64,000 nucleotides of DNA from the NCBI GenBank assembly GCA_964016885.1, contig OZ024751.1:37076001-37140000 (forward strand), read 5' to 3'. Shown in pieces: positions 29,236 through 42,117 of the stretch. This DNA is from Eledone cirrhosa. Its lineage: Eukaryota. How positions within the stretch are numbered: the stretch's first letter is position 1; each line of letters begins with the position of its first letter. The notes below the pieces were generated by a model. That model saw only the letters and a program-made list of their open reading frames with translations. It was not told the origin of the DNA and did not search any database. The position numbers and the translations under genes were made by a program.

Positions 29236-29239
29236 TAAT

Positions 29240-29315
<76 letters not shown>

Positions 29316-29326
29316 TCATACATACT

Positions 29327-29364
<38 letters not shown>

Positions 29365-29389
29365 AATATGTACTCGTACATACTTGCAT

Positions 29390-29449
<60 letters not shown>

Positions 29450-29464
29450 GTATTTATGTATGCA

Positions 29465-29603
<139 letters not shown>

Positions 29604-29850
29604 TGCATACATAAATACATGCACATATGTAGGTATAAATGTATGTATATTTTGGCATATTAATGATGGATTTTAGACAAGCAATGGATTTTATTATTAT
29701 TGTTATTTTTTATGTTTTCTTACGAACCTTAACGAATTCTCTCATTTATCCTTTGATGAAATATCTGCAGTAGACTATATAATGAAAATATGGAGAACTT
29801 TTATGTAGTGTTGTTGTTTGTTTTGAAATCTTGTCTATATGTTTGTGTGT

Positions 29851-29904
<54 letters not shown>

Positions 29905-29931
29905 GTGTCTGTGTGTGTGTGTGACAGATAG

Positions 29932-29963
<32 letters not shown>

Positions 29964-30079
29964 TGTCTGTGTGTCTGTGTGTTTGTGTGTGAGAGAGAGA
30001 ATGTGCGTGTGTCTGTGTCTGTGTGAGAGAGAGAGAGAGTGTGTGTGTGTGCGTGAGAGAGAGAGTGTGTGTGTGTCTG

Positions 30080-30143
<64 letters not shown>

Positions 30144-30204
30144 AGCGAGAGAGAGAATGTGTGTGTGTGTGTTCGTCTGTTTAGTATTAACTTCAAGGTG
30201 ACTC

Positions 30205-30470
30205 AGCACGCCCTCATGGTTGAGTTTGCTCCGTAATTCTTTGGCCCCGGGTTCGATCCAATGTGTGTTCTTTAGAGCAAGTGTTACTTATCATAACCTT
30301 CGATCGCCTCAAGTTTTTTGAGTGAATTTAATTAGATGAGAATTGTTTGAACCGTATTGACTTCATTGTATTTCCCCGCGAAATATTTTAAGGTTAAACG
30401 TGTCTTTGCTGTGCCCAGCATCTCTTAAACGGTTCTTTCCTGAGCTGGTTAACCCGTTGATAAAAAAAAA
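30205..30470 (+). mobile_element. Degenerate tRNA-derived SINE
   Basis: GGGTTCGATCC B-box, GCAAGTGT core, A-rich tail. Confidence 0.45.
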
Positions 30471-31388
30471 AATAGGAATCGTCGAAACCGATGGAAGCCC
30501 ATTTCATTATTGACAAAATAGAATGAATGAATAGCTGTTATTTTCAATACGAGTTTCATTTTGTAAACGACCGATTGCATGGTCAGTAAATGTCACTCAT
30601 TTATGTAAAATATATCATATTTATCTTCTCTAACTCTAGAGTCTTTACATTCAGATGTGTGTAGCCTGTAAAACATACACGATATGTTTTATAACAACTA
30701 CACACACACACACACAGACTGTATATAAGAATATATATATATATAAACTACTTTACATGTATAATTTCTTTCGGTCAGTAATCTTACAGACATTCGACAT
30801 AGAGTCTTGGCCAGTTGCAGCCTTTGTCTGACAGGTATTGAATTCATCTTAATTAGTAAACATCCATAAAACGGATTTATTCTTTAATTCAACTTTTTCA
30901 CCGACTATGTCGCAGAACATTTTTGGAACTGCTTTTTTTAATTCATTTTTTCGCTTTCTTTTTCACTGATTTTTTTCTTCTTTTTTTTCTTTTTGTTTTG
31001 TCTCTAAGGTTTATTTCACGCTTCTCCAAACAGAGAAAACTATTTCTCTACGGTGCAGTTGATTTGACGTAAATCAGTCGAGGTTATTTCTTTTGTTAAT
31101 GTTGGTATTGTTGTTGTGGTTGTTGTGTTGTTATTTCCTTACAGTAACCCCTCCACCTGCCATTCCACCTATCCACCATTACAGCAACTCTCTCTCCTGC
31201 TCCTGTTTCTATTACGGATGGCAATTTATAATGTAGATTGTGTTATTTTCAGTCTCCAACTCACAACCACATTTACTTCTACAATTCTAATTCATTGAAA
31301 AGAAAATGAAAAATAATATTAAAACTAATCAAAGAAAGAATAACAGGTAAGAAAAAAATATTTGGACAATAAAAAATGTGGAAAACAT

Positions 31389-31425
<37 letters not shown>

Positions 31426-31435
31426 AAAAACACAA

Positions 31436-31467
<32 letters not shown>

Positions 31468-31548
31468 TTTATAGTTAAAAGAGAAAACAAAAACAATAGC
31501 GAAGAGTGCAGTACAAAGTGTTAGTATTAGGTTCACGCTTGAGAGTGG

Positions 31549-31599
<51 letters not shown>

Positions 31600-31856
31600 A
31601 TGTATATATCTATATAGATATATATATGTATATATATACACACAGACACACTCTCACACATACATACATACATACACACTCACACACACACACACATATA
31701 TATATATATACACAGACACACAGACACACACACATATATATATATATATATACATACGCACACACACATACGATGACACGCCCCAACACAAAACAATCCT
31801 AACTTAAATAATAGCATGGAGAAGTATTCAGTTGAAAGAGAGAGAGAGAGAGAGAG

Positions 31857-31908
<52 letters not shown>

Positions 31909-33640
31909 AGAGAGAGAGAGAGAATCTCAAAGAGAAGGGAGAGTGTTTTGGAGAAACAGTTTGAGTGACTATACAAAGGACACACATAAATATATCTATC
32001 TATCTATTTATATATGTATATATATGTTTGTGTGTGTGTGTTTCAGTATATATGTATATATATAAATATACACAGGCATATATACATGTGTGTGTGTATA
32101 TACACTCTCTCCAGCTTTGATCAAAGCTATTTTCTTCCAGAAGAAGAGAGAAATGAAGAGAGGAAACGATATAGAGAAAGGATCGACCTCAGTTATTAGA
32201 CTGGTACTTTTATATCAACCTCGAAATTCTGAAAGGCAAATTTGATCTCGACAGGATTCGAACTCAGAGGTTAGAGAGTCTGAATGAACATGCAAACATA
32301 TTATTGAACGTTCTAAGGACTCTATCAATTCCCCGCCTAAATTTAATTAAACAATTACTACAAACATCTCAAAGATTATAGCAAAAGATATAACAATTTG
32401 AAAACTGCAAACATACGAAGCTCGGGGTGTATCGTCGTCTAGAGATTATAGCTAAATTTATTTCAACTTACTCTCTTGTAAATGAAGCGACTCAATAGAG
32501 AGCTGGAACGAACTCCTACAAAATATTCTATCCGACATTCTAACGACTCTACATATATATACAGTGGTATGGCAGAGTAGAAACCGATAAAAAAAAACAG
32601 GTATTCTTAGTGGTGAAAAATAAAAAAATGTATATATTGTGAATTTTTTTTATTGAATTTTATTCCTGATTTAAATTTCATTTAAAATATTTTTTTTCAT
32701 TCAGTTTCCTTCATTGTTTCGATTTCAGAAATGAACTAATTTAAATCATTAGTAAACATTCAAATATTCAAATCGAAAAAGAAATAAACTTAAAAACAAA
32801 TAAATAGATGAATGTACAAATTAAAAAAAAAAAAGAAATTCAAAACAATAATCCCAATACTACAGCAACGACACGAACAAGAATATCAACACCACCACAA
32901 CCAGCACAAACACCATCATCATCAGCATCATCACGAACAACAGACGTTAATTATTTCTCTATTCATCTGTCTATTGGGTAATAATTTCAACCATGTTTCT
33001 TGTTTGTTTGTCTTCTGATTGTTTGGTAATATTATTCAACCTCAATCTTTTATATTTTACTATTTCTAACTTATTCATTCGGAACATCTTATAGATTCGC
33101 TGCAATAATCAGTATTCTTTTGAAATTAATTGAAATTTTAATTGAAATAGCAGGAACGGAAAGCGTTCGATGCTAAAAATTCTGAGATTGGTGTAAATAT
33201 TCATGAAATTTTAGCTAAATCTCTTCCAGGACAGGACAGGACGCATCTTTATTTCTCACTCGCTATTATCAGTTTTAAATGGCAATTTTGAGACATTTCA
33301 GATATTCACACAAATAGCTACTTAATTTCATTTTAACTTTTTATCAAATCCATTATTTACACGATACCATTTTGTGGCAAAAAATATTTAAATACAATCC
33401 ACTCAAGACAACATAGCTTGGAAATTTCTACACCTCTACCATTGTTATAGACAATGAAATTCATTCAAAATGAATGATTCAAACAATTGCTATGTTAACT
33501 ATTTTGTCCTGGCACTTCTGTCCTTGGTCAATTTTCAGGCGTGTCACGAAATTAAATGTGGTCTGATGAATATTGTTTTTTTTTTTTTCGAAATATTTGG
33601 ATGTGAAAAATATTTGAGATGATATAACTCTGATGATGAA

Positions 33641-33850
33641 TTGGCAGTAACGGTAGAGCGTCGGACAACGTTTTGCAGCTTATAGTTATGTCCCTTAACT
33701 TTCTGAGTTCAAAACCGCTGAGCCTAATTTTGCCTACCTTCCTTGCAGGATCGATAAAATAAAGTACCAGTAACGCACAGGGGTCGTTTTAATCGACTTC
33801 GTCCACCCAGAAAAATTATTGGCCTTCTGCCTATATCAGAAACCATTATT
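33641..33850 (+). mobile_element. SINE copy (long variant)
   Basis: TTGGCAGTAACGGTAGAG, GAGTTCAAAA, ends AGAAACCATTATT. Confidence 0.8.
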
Positions 33851-34877
33851 TGGGATTACCGTAGAGCGTCGAATAAAATGCTTATCCTGGTTCCACTGAT
33901 GATAAACAACTGACTGTAAAAAACTGTTCTGAAACAGCTCCGCTGATACTCATTCTTTCCCTGCTGCTTTCACTGGAGCAGCGTAAAATAAAGTCTCTTG
34001 CTGAAGTAAACAACATACTACCTAGTCCGGGAATCGAACCAGCAACCGTACAACCGTAAGACTCATAGTCACCACAATACTGAGCACATTTTCTGTATAT
34101 GCCAATTCGAATACATTTCGTGATCCACTCATATTGTTTCTCTTTATACATGCCTGAATGTGCTTTGACTATTTAATGTTTTTCGTGTCTAAATGTGATT
34201 TTACTTGGATAGTTTTTCTGATTGTTTTGCAAATGACGCTGTTTAATATTTTGCCAGTATATATAGCTATTATCTTATAAGTATTCATTGCAGAACATTT
34301 CTATTTCTCGATTGGTATTTCTTTTATTTTCTGAATGTCTTCATGATGGATTGGTGTCTATTTGCTTTTTAAATATCTACTTGATGGATTGCTACCTCCT
34401 TACTTTCTAAATATCTTTTTGATGGATCGGTTATTTCCATACACTCTAAATGTGTTCTTGATGGCATAAAATTCTCTTTTATTTCAGAGATAGTAGAAAC
34501 TTTTATTAATGCCATTAAGTAGTGAGACTACTTTTCATTATATCCCTACCGTTAGCCTTTACTCTCAGACTCCTCATTCATTCTGGCTCTCTTGGTTCAG
34601 TCAATATACGTATTTTCTAAGAATCAGTGACGATGATCCATTCATGAGCTCGTGGTACTAGAGTTGATACTAAGATAATTTTATTCATTTTATGTTACCT
34701 CTGATACTGTCGGGGTTTATAAATAATCGCTCAAAAGTAACTTGGTCATCCAATGAAAATAACCAGGCTAACTACAGACTAACTTTAAACATTTCTTTCT
34801 AGTATTCTCACGTTATATATACGCAGAGAGAGAGAGAGAGAGATAGAGAGAGAGTGTGTGAGAGAGAGTGAGAGAGA

Positions 34878-34946
<69 letters not shown>

Positions 34947-35267
34947 GGCGAAATGAAGACCTCTACGCGGTGGTGATGCGCAGAATTATTAAAAAGGTTT
35001 TATTGGTTCCTGACGACCATCTGTTAAACAACATCCTGTTTTGTGTATCATAAAAGCAAGAATGGTAACTCTTCTTTACTAAGAAATTTTCTGAATGATT
35101 TCCCTCACCACACATATATATAAGAAAAAAACATTCGATTTGTATATATGGACTATTTCGTATTTCGTCTACATATAGAGTAAACTATGTTAATCATTGA
35201 TTCAGAAATTAAGACGAAAAAATAGTGATAAAAATTTCATTATATGAGCTCTAAGTATAGTTGGCAC

Positions 35268-35384
<117 letters not shown>

Positions 35385-35670
35385 ATATATATATGTATAT
35401 ATGTATATATATATAACGTGCCAACTATACTTATAATGAAATTTTTATCACTATTTTTTTGTCTTAACTTTTGTCTTAATATATATATGTATGTATATAT
35501 GTGTATATATATATATACATACATATATATACACATATATATATATACATATATATATATATACACACATATATATATATACACACATACATATATATAT
35601 ACACACATACATATATATATACACACATACATATATATACACATATATATATACATATATATATATATAT

Positions 35671-35719
<49 letters not shown>

Positions 35720-35775
35720 TATATATATATTTACATATACATATATATATATATATACATACACATATATACATT

Positions 35776-35896
<121 letters not shown>

Positions 35897-36349
35897 TGTT
35901 CAGTTATAACATTTCCAGGCTGGGATCTAAGTTTACCTATTGACCTATATTCAAAAAGGAAGAAGAAATTTGCATAAATTTGCCACGTATTTACTCAATT
36001 CTTCTTCGTTTGACTACATTTAACATGTTAAGTTTCATGTTTTATTTTCTATACTCTTTTGTCTATATGTCGTTTGTAGATTCTATGTACGTATGATTCA
36101 GTATGTATTTTTGCCTCTTTGTAAATGAGACAGGTGTTTCAATCTGAAGCAGTATCAGAGGAAATGAAAGAAGAAGAGAAAATTACTCTATGGGGAAAGA
36201 AAAATGTATATAAATAAAAAGAAAGTTAGAAAATAATAATAAATAAATGAAATAAATGATTGTTATAGAAACAGACGGGGTGGATGGGATGAAGGAAAGA
36301 CTTAAGATAGAATGACAAAAATAAAAGAAAATCATATATATATACACAT

Positions 36350-36382
<33 letters not shown>

Positions 36383-36538
36383 CATACACACATATATAAA
36401 TACACAAACACGCATACATACATATACACACACACGCACATATATATATATACACATACAGATACATAAATATATATATATATATGTATACATGTGTTTA
36501 TATATATATACTATATATATATATGTATGTATGCATGT

Positions 36539-36583
<45 letters not shown>

Positions 36584-37415
36584 TGTGTTTATATATATAT
36601 ATAATATATATATACATATTATATATATATATATTTGAGTTAGTTTATATATACATATACTAAATAACGAGATTAAGACAAAAAAGAAAAAAAAAACATA
36701 TATATGTGTGTGTGTGTGTGTGTGTATGACCGTCTGTGAGTGTGTGCATGCATGTGTATGTATGCATATGATGTATCTGTATATTCAAGAACGAGATTAA
36801 AGGAAATACGAAGATAGCAATAATCAAAGAAATGTAACAGCACAGGATGGTAAATGCCTCTTGCAAAGAAAAAGAACATTTAGAAAATAAATAACAAAAA
36901 CAAAAATAACAATAAAGCACAATAAAGAAAGGCGAGGTTACTTTAAATTCGTAGAAATCAGTCTAGGTTGGCGCCAGATCTTTAATTATGCTGAATCATG
37001 GAATCGTAAAATAACAAATTGTACCAAAGACCATATTGTAATTCTATCGACTAGTTCTCTACTACTGCGGCGGTTGTGTTTCTCTGTGTTCTATATGAGA
37101 ATGAAACTCTACAACTTTACATCTATTTCCTTATGATTCTCGTCCTATATGGCGCTGCCTGTTTCCTATCCTTTTAACTTTCTTTTTCTATCATCTTGAT
37201 CACGATCATCATCATCATCATCTTGATCAACTTCATTATAATAATCATCTTCAACATCTGTACTGCGATCATCATAAGGGCCATTGTGAACTTCTTAACC
37301 ATCATAGTCATTATTATTAACAATATTTCATTTTGGCTGTTATTGTTATTATACGTGAATAAAGTTCTTAACTACCATTACTACTATTACTATTATTATT
37401 AGTATTATTATTATT

Positions 37416-38733
37416 GTTCTTTGAGTCTCAGTCATTGATGATAGTTAACTGGAAAGTTTGTTGAAATGAATATCAAGCCACTACCTGCAGCCTCAGATAT
37501 TCAGGACCTATCTGAGGGTTCTTGCTGTTCCAAGCAAGCATGCCTTTTGAAGCGTTCCAAAAAGCGTGGCGGGGCCAATTTTCTTTAACCATCCCTGGAA
37601 ACTTTTTGAGATAGTACCTAGTGTGCCTATGACAATCGGGACCACTTTGACTTCATGGCAGTTCCAAATCCTTTTACCTCCCTCTTTAAGTCCTGGTATC
37701 GGTTAATTTTCTCCCTCTCCTTCTCTTGGACTCTTGGGTCGAATGGGCAGGCCACATCCACAATCAGGCACGATCTTTTTTCCTTGTCCAAAACCACCAG
37801 GTCAGGTCTATTCTGTTCCAGTTTCTTGTCCGTCTGTATCCTAAAATCCCACAGCACCTTCACCTGATCGTTTTCTGTCACCGACTCTGGCTTATGCTCA
37901 TACCACTTCTCAGAATGTGGTAAATTGTTTACCTTGCATAGGTGCCAGTGGATCACCCTGCCCATCATATCATGTCTCCAGCCCTTATAGTGAGTCTGGG
38001 CTAGGTGTTTACACTCGGATACAATGTGAGGCACAGTCTCCTCTCTCTCTCCACAGATCCTGCACGGTGGGATAGCCTCCTCCTTGTAAATATGGTGTTT
38101 CAACGACTTCGTTTTGAGGGCCTGCTCTTGCGCAGCCATTAGCATTCCTTCTGTAGCTTTTTAAGGTCTCCTCTTTTCAACCAGTTCCATGTCTGTGGAT
38201 CTCTGAATTCAGTTTTCTCAAAGAAGGTACTATGAAGGAATTTTTCAGTAAGGCTGCTCTTTCTCCTTGTTGATATTTCCTCCTTGGACATCCCCTGGTA
38301 TATTGTCCTCTCCTTAAGTACAATTCTGAACATTGGCTCCTTACCCTCAGTAACGTATTTGTGTAGGTTGTTTTTCTCCATCTGAACACAGTCCTCTATG
38401 CTGATAAGACCTCTTCCACCTTCAGATCTCCTTAAGTAGCGTCTATCGACATCACTCCTCTCGTAGAACATGTAGTAGATAGTCAATAGCTTCCTAGTCT
38501 TCCTATCTATTTCTTTTTGTTCAGCAACATTCCATTTCAGAATTCCCGCACTGTACCTAATAATAGACACAGCTCGGGAATTTACTGCACTTATGGCATT
38601 CCTACTGTTCAGATGTGACTTTAATACGCTCCTTACTCTCCGAATGTATTCAGATCTTATCAATTCCTTCATTTTTTTGTTCTAGATGTCATCAGCCACC
38701 AGAACACCCAAATACTTGTATCCTTCTTCAGTG

Positions 38734-38735
<2 letters not shown>
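37416..38735 (-). mobile_element. 5'-truncated R4/Dong-type non-LTR retrotransposon (RT thumb, CCHC, restriction-like endonuclease), frameshifted
   Basis: YKYLG, GGRGLISIED, CRICG..ETVPHIVSEC, RHD, LWDFRIQTD, RPDLVVLDK, IVDVACPFD, EKI.RYQDL (PD..D RLE); (AAT)n on the sense strand at both ends. Confidence 0.88.
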
Positions 38736-38821
<86 letters not shown>

Positions 38822-38860
38822 CAGTAGTAGCAATATTAATTATCATTATTATTTTTGCAA

Positions 38861-39056
38861 AGGGTGGGGAAGTGGCAGTATCGGTAGAGGGTCGGACGCC
38901 ATGCTTTGACGCATAGAGTTACGGCTCTTGCCATTCTGAGTTCAAATCCCGCCTAGGTTGACTTTGCCTTTCATCCTTACGGGTTCAATAAAATAAAGTA
39001 CCAGTAATGCACTGGGTAATTGCTGGCCTTGTGCCTAAAGTAGAAACAATTATTAT
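38861..39056 (+). mobile_element. SINE copy, full-length
   Basis: A and B boxes, family consensus, (ATT)n tail. Confidence 0.88.
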
Positions 39057-39215
39057 TTCTGCTAAGTAAATCGTATGGTATTAATATATTAGCTTACCTC
39101 TCAACTAACCATATCACATTTTCTGTTCCTCCACCCCATAACCCAACATACTTTAATCTATTATACTAAACTAATTTCCGATCGATTTCGTTACTATTAC
39201 GATTATGATCATCAT

Positions 39216-39247
<32 letters not shown>

Positions 39248-39392
39248 TTACTAGTAGTAGTAGCAGTAGTAGTAGTAAGTAATAGTAGTAGTAGTAAGTA
39301 GTAGTAGTAGTGGTAGTAGTAGTAGTAAGTAGTAGTAGTAGTGGCAGAAGTAGTAGTAGTAGTAGTAGTAAGTAATAGTAGTAGTAAGTAGT

Positions 39393-39436
<44 letters not shown>

Positions 39437-40225
39437 TAGGAGGAGGAGGAGGGGGAGGAAAAGTATATAATCAGAATTATCATCATTGTTGTCATTACTA
39501 TCAATATTACTATCAATATTATTATTATTATTATTATTATTACTACCTTTCTGATAGTTGTTATTGTTATTGTTGTCTTCGTTGTTGTGGTTTTTATTTT
39601 AAACTTATTTTACTTTAAATTCTAAATTTAAAAAAAAATTCTTTCATTTGTAATTCTTCATCTGGACACAAAGATATCAAAGACTTTTCTTGTCGTTGTC
39701 ATTTTTTATTTATTTCTCTATGTTTTATATATTGTTTACTCAATAGTCCCTGGATCGCTTTCTTCAAACAATTAGCATAAAATTCAAGAAAGTGAAAAAA
39801 GATTTCTCTACGACAGAAAATAAAAATAAAAGAAAAATCAACTTAAAAATCAACATAAAAATAAAAAAAAACAGAATACATGTGTGAGACTTTCATTAAT
39901 TTTATGTCTACTTATTTATTTACTACTACTATTACTACTACTACTATCATTATTATTACTTGTAGTAGTAGTAGTAGTAGTTGTTGTGTTAATGTTATTA
40001 TTATTATTATTATTGACGAAAGTGGATGTACGTTTTTTGAAGCTCCGTGAGTAAGCAATTTTTTGAGGATTAATTGTAGAGAATTGTTTATTTTTTGTAC
40101 CGCTGAAGCATTATAAGACATTAATTTGTATCCTGTGAAGGAATAACTCATAATATTTGGGCCTTTTGGCCCAAATATTTGAACTTTATTTTGAAAAAAA
40201 ATAATAATTTTTTTCTCAAAAAAAC

Positions 40226-42088
40226 ATGGCGGAGCCACGCCCCCTAGAGGCGGGTCTGCTGTCGTGCAACGGCGACTTGAGCGTTGAGAGGAGAGGTGAG
40301 GCGAGGAGCGCCACCAGCACGAATGTGAGCAGCGACAGTGCCAGCACCAACGGGCCGAGCGGCGCGGAAGGTGGTAACAGCGACAACACCAACACCAACA
40401 AGCCGAACAGCGCAGAAGGTGGTAATAGCGAGAGCACCAACAAGGCCAACAGCACAGAAGGTAACCACGACACAGGGGAGAACAACAACAGCAATAGCAG
40501 CAGCAACACCAACAAGAACAACAACAGTGACAACACCAACAAGAACACTTTCGCTGCTGTGGCAGCGGCTAAAAGGAGACCATGCTACAGCATCGACTTA
40601 ACCAACAGAGAGGAAAAGTTGGCCCAGGCCTGGAAAATCATAAATCAAGAGCAGACCTGGGCAAACTTAACTGTCCCGGCAGAAGCCATTGAGGCAGTGG
40701 AAAAAAGAACGGTGCATTTCAGATGCATCTCAGTAGAGACAAAGAGGGCAGCGATAATCGCCCAAGCTGACATAGAAGCCGCACTGAAATACATCAGAGA
40801 GGACACAGACTTCATAGAGAGGGGCAGGCAATACGGCACCGTTTCGGTGCTGTTCAAGTCTGAAGCCCTCGCTGTGAAGCATTCAATGACCCCTTGCAAA
40901 ACCAGCAAGGTCATAATGTACCCCTCCCACATGGGAAAACGAATAGCACGTGTGCGCATTCCCAGGATTCCACCAGGACTTGATATGTGGTGGCTCCTGG
41001 GTTGCGTAATCGTGGAAGGAACGGATACAGTCCCGGTAGAGGCAACGAGAACTGCCAGGGACGACTGGTCCGGGGTTGATCTGGAGATACTGCTCCAAAT
41101 CAGACCCGAAAACGTAAAAACAATCCCGGACCACATCCGCCTCCAAAACGGGAGGGTGTTGCATATAATGACTGAGGGCAAAAGGCCGCATTGTTTCCTT
41201 TGTGGGGAAACGACACACTTGCGAGCCTTCTGCCCTCAACTGCCGAAAAGCGCAAGGGGTCGAAAGATTCCACTGCTGGCGACGCCGGGACAAGGACCAC
41301 CAGCAACACCGTCAACAATGGAACCACCAAAATTGCACACCCAGGGGGGAAACGAGGAAAGCTCTCCCATTCCCCCTCCCCCCCAAAATACACACACGAA
41401 CAAGAACATAAACACTCACTCAGACACAAACACGCTCACAGCCACAGACCCCTCATCCTCCAGCAGTGAAGATGAGGGAAAACCAAAGTCCCCCAAAATA
41501 CAAAAAACAAAACACAAAAAAAAAAGAAATCCACAAAGCACAAACACCCCCACAAAAAAAAATACACACACCACCCACACAAACATTTTCCCCACAGCAT
41601 CACCAACACAACCACCAAAATCCCCCAAACGCAAACAAGCTAAACAGACACGAGAACAAATAGACACACAAACATCAGAAACTACAGACACCCCACCCAC
41701 AACAAACGCAGACACAATAGAAACAACACTAACAAAGCTATCACCACCACAATCACACGAACAAATAAAACCCGAGCAACAAAACATTAAAAACTTCGTG
41801 CTTGCCAGAAGGGCCAACAAGGAATTGATGGCCCATGTAGCACGAAGCACAAACATCGAAAAAGACGGGGAAACATTTGAAGCGAGCACATTTCGCGTAC
41901 CAGATAATTTGCTTCTGATGCGAATGTCGCTCGCTTCATACAAAGAAATTCGAAAGAGCTTTCCTCGGGATGTGGGAACCCCGAACGTAAAACCCACGTC
42001 AAGACTATTAAAGGGGTTCCCAAAAGAAACCCCACAAACCATGGAGGTCGAACCACCCGACCTTCACAAGACCCCGGAAGGTAAGTAA
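40226..42088 (+). CDS. LINE ORF1, gag-like nucleic-acid-binding protein with CCHC zinc knuckle (copy 1)
   Basis: 620 aa; CX2CX4HX4C knuckle CFLCGETTHLRAFC; N/S/T-rich N-terminus; basic low-complexity C-terminal part; lies upstream of APE-RT ORF. Confidence 0.9.
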   Translation: MAEPRPLEAGLLSCNGDLSVERRGEARSATSTNVSSDSASTNGPSGAEGGNSDNTNTNKPNSAEGGNSESTNKANSTEGNHDTGENNNSNSSSNTNKNNNSDNTNKNTFAAVAAAKRRPCYSIDLTNREEKLAQAWKIINQEQTWANLTVPAEAIEAVEKRTVHFRCISVETKRAAIIAQADIEAALKYIREDTDFIERGRQYGTVSVLFKSEALAVKHSMTPCKTSKVIMYPSHMGKRIARVRIPRIPPGLDMWWLLGCVIVEGTDTVPVEATRTARDDWSGVDLEILLQIRPENVKTIPDHIRLQNGRVLHIMTEGKRPHCFLCGETTHLRAFCPQLPKSARGRKIPLLATPGQGPPATPSTMEPPKLHTQGGNEESSPIPPPPQNTHTNKNINTHSDTNTLTATDPSSSSSEDEGKPKSPKIQKTKHKKKRNPQSTNTPTKKNTHTTHTNIFPTASPTQPPKSPKRKQAKQTREQIDTQTSETTDTPPTTNADTIETTLTKLSPPQSHEQIKPEQQNIKNFVLARRANKELMAHVARSTNIEKDGETFEASTFRVPDNLLLMRMSLASYKEIRKSFPRDVGTPNVKPTSRLLKGFPKETPQTMEVEPPDLHKTPEGK

Positions 42089-42117
42089 ACCTTTCCTCTC
42101 CCATTCATCCTGCCAGC

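Noticed and set aside
33563-33600. CTGATGA...GAAA hammerhead-like strings (also 1603 and 33896)
   Set aside because: No convincing stem II or stem I pairing; the 33896 hit lies at a SINE 3' end; 1603 lacks GAAA.
38861-38955. tRNA gene suggested by A and B boxes
   Set aside because: Box spacing and multicopy body identify a SINE head; no cloverleaf.
42081-42116. 36-nt GT..AG intron that might fuse ORF1 to ORF2
   Set aside because: The spliced product reads GAA-GCA-TGG-CCA-TAA, out of frame with ORF2, and 36 nt is below the usual metazoan intron minimum.
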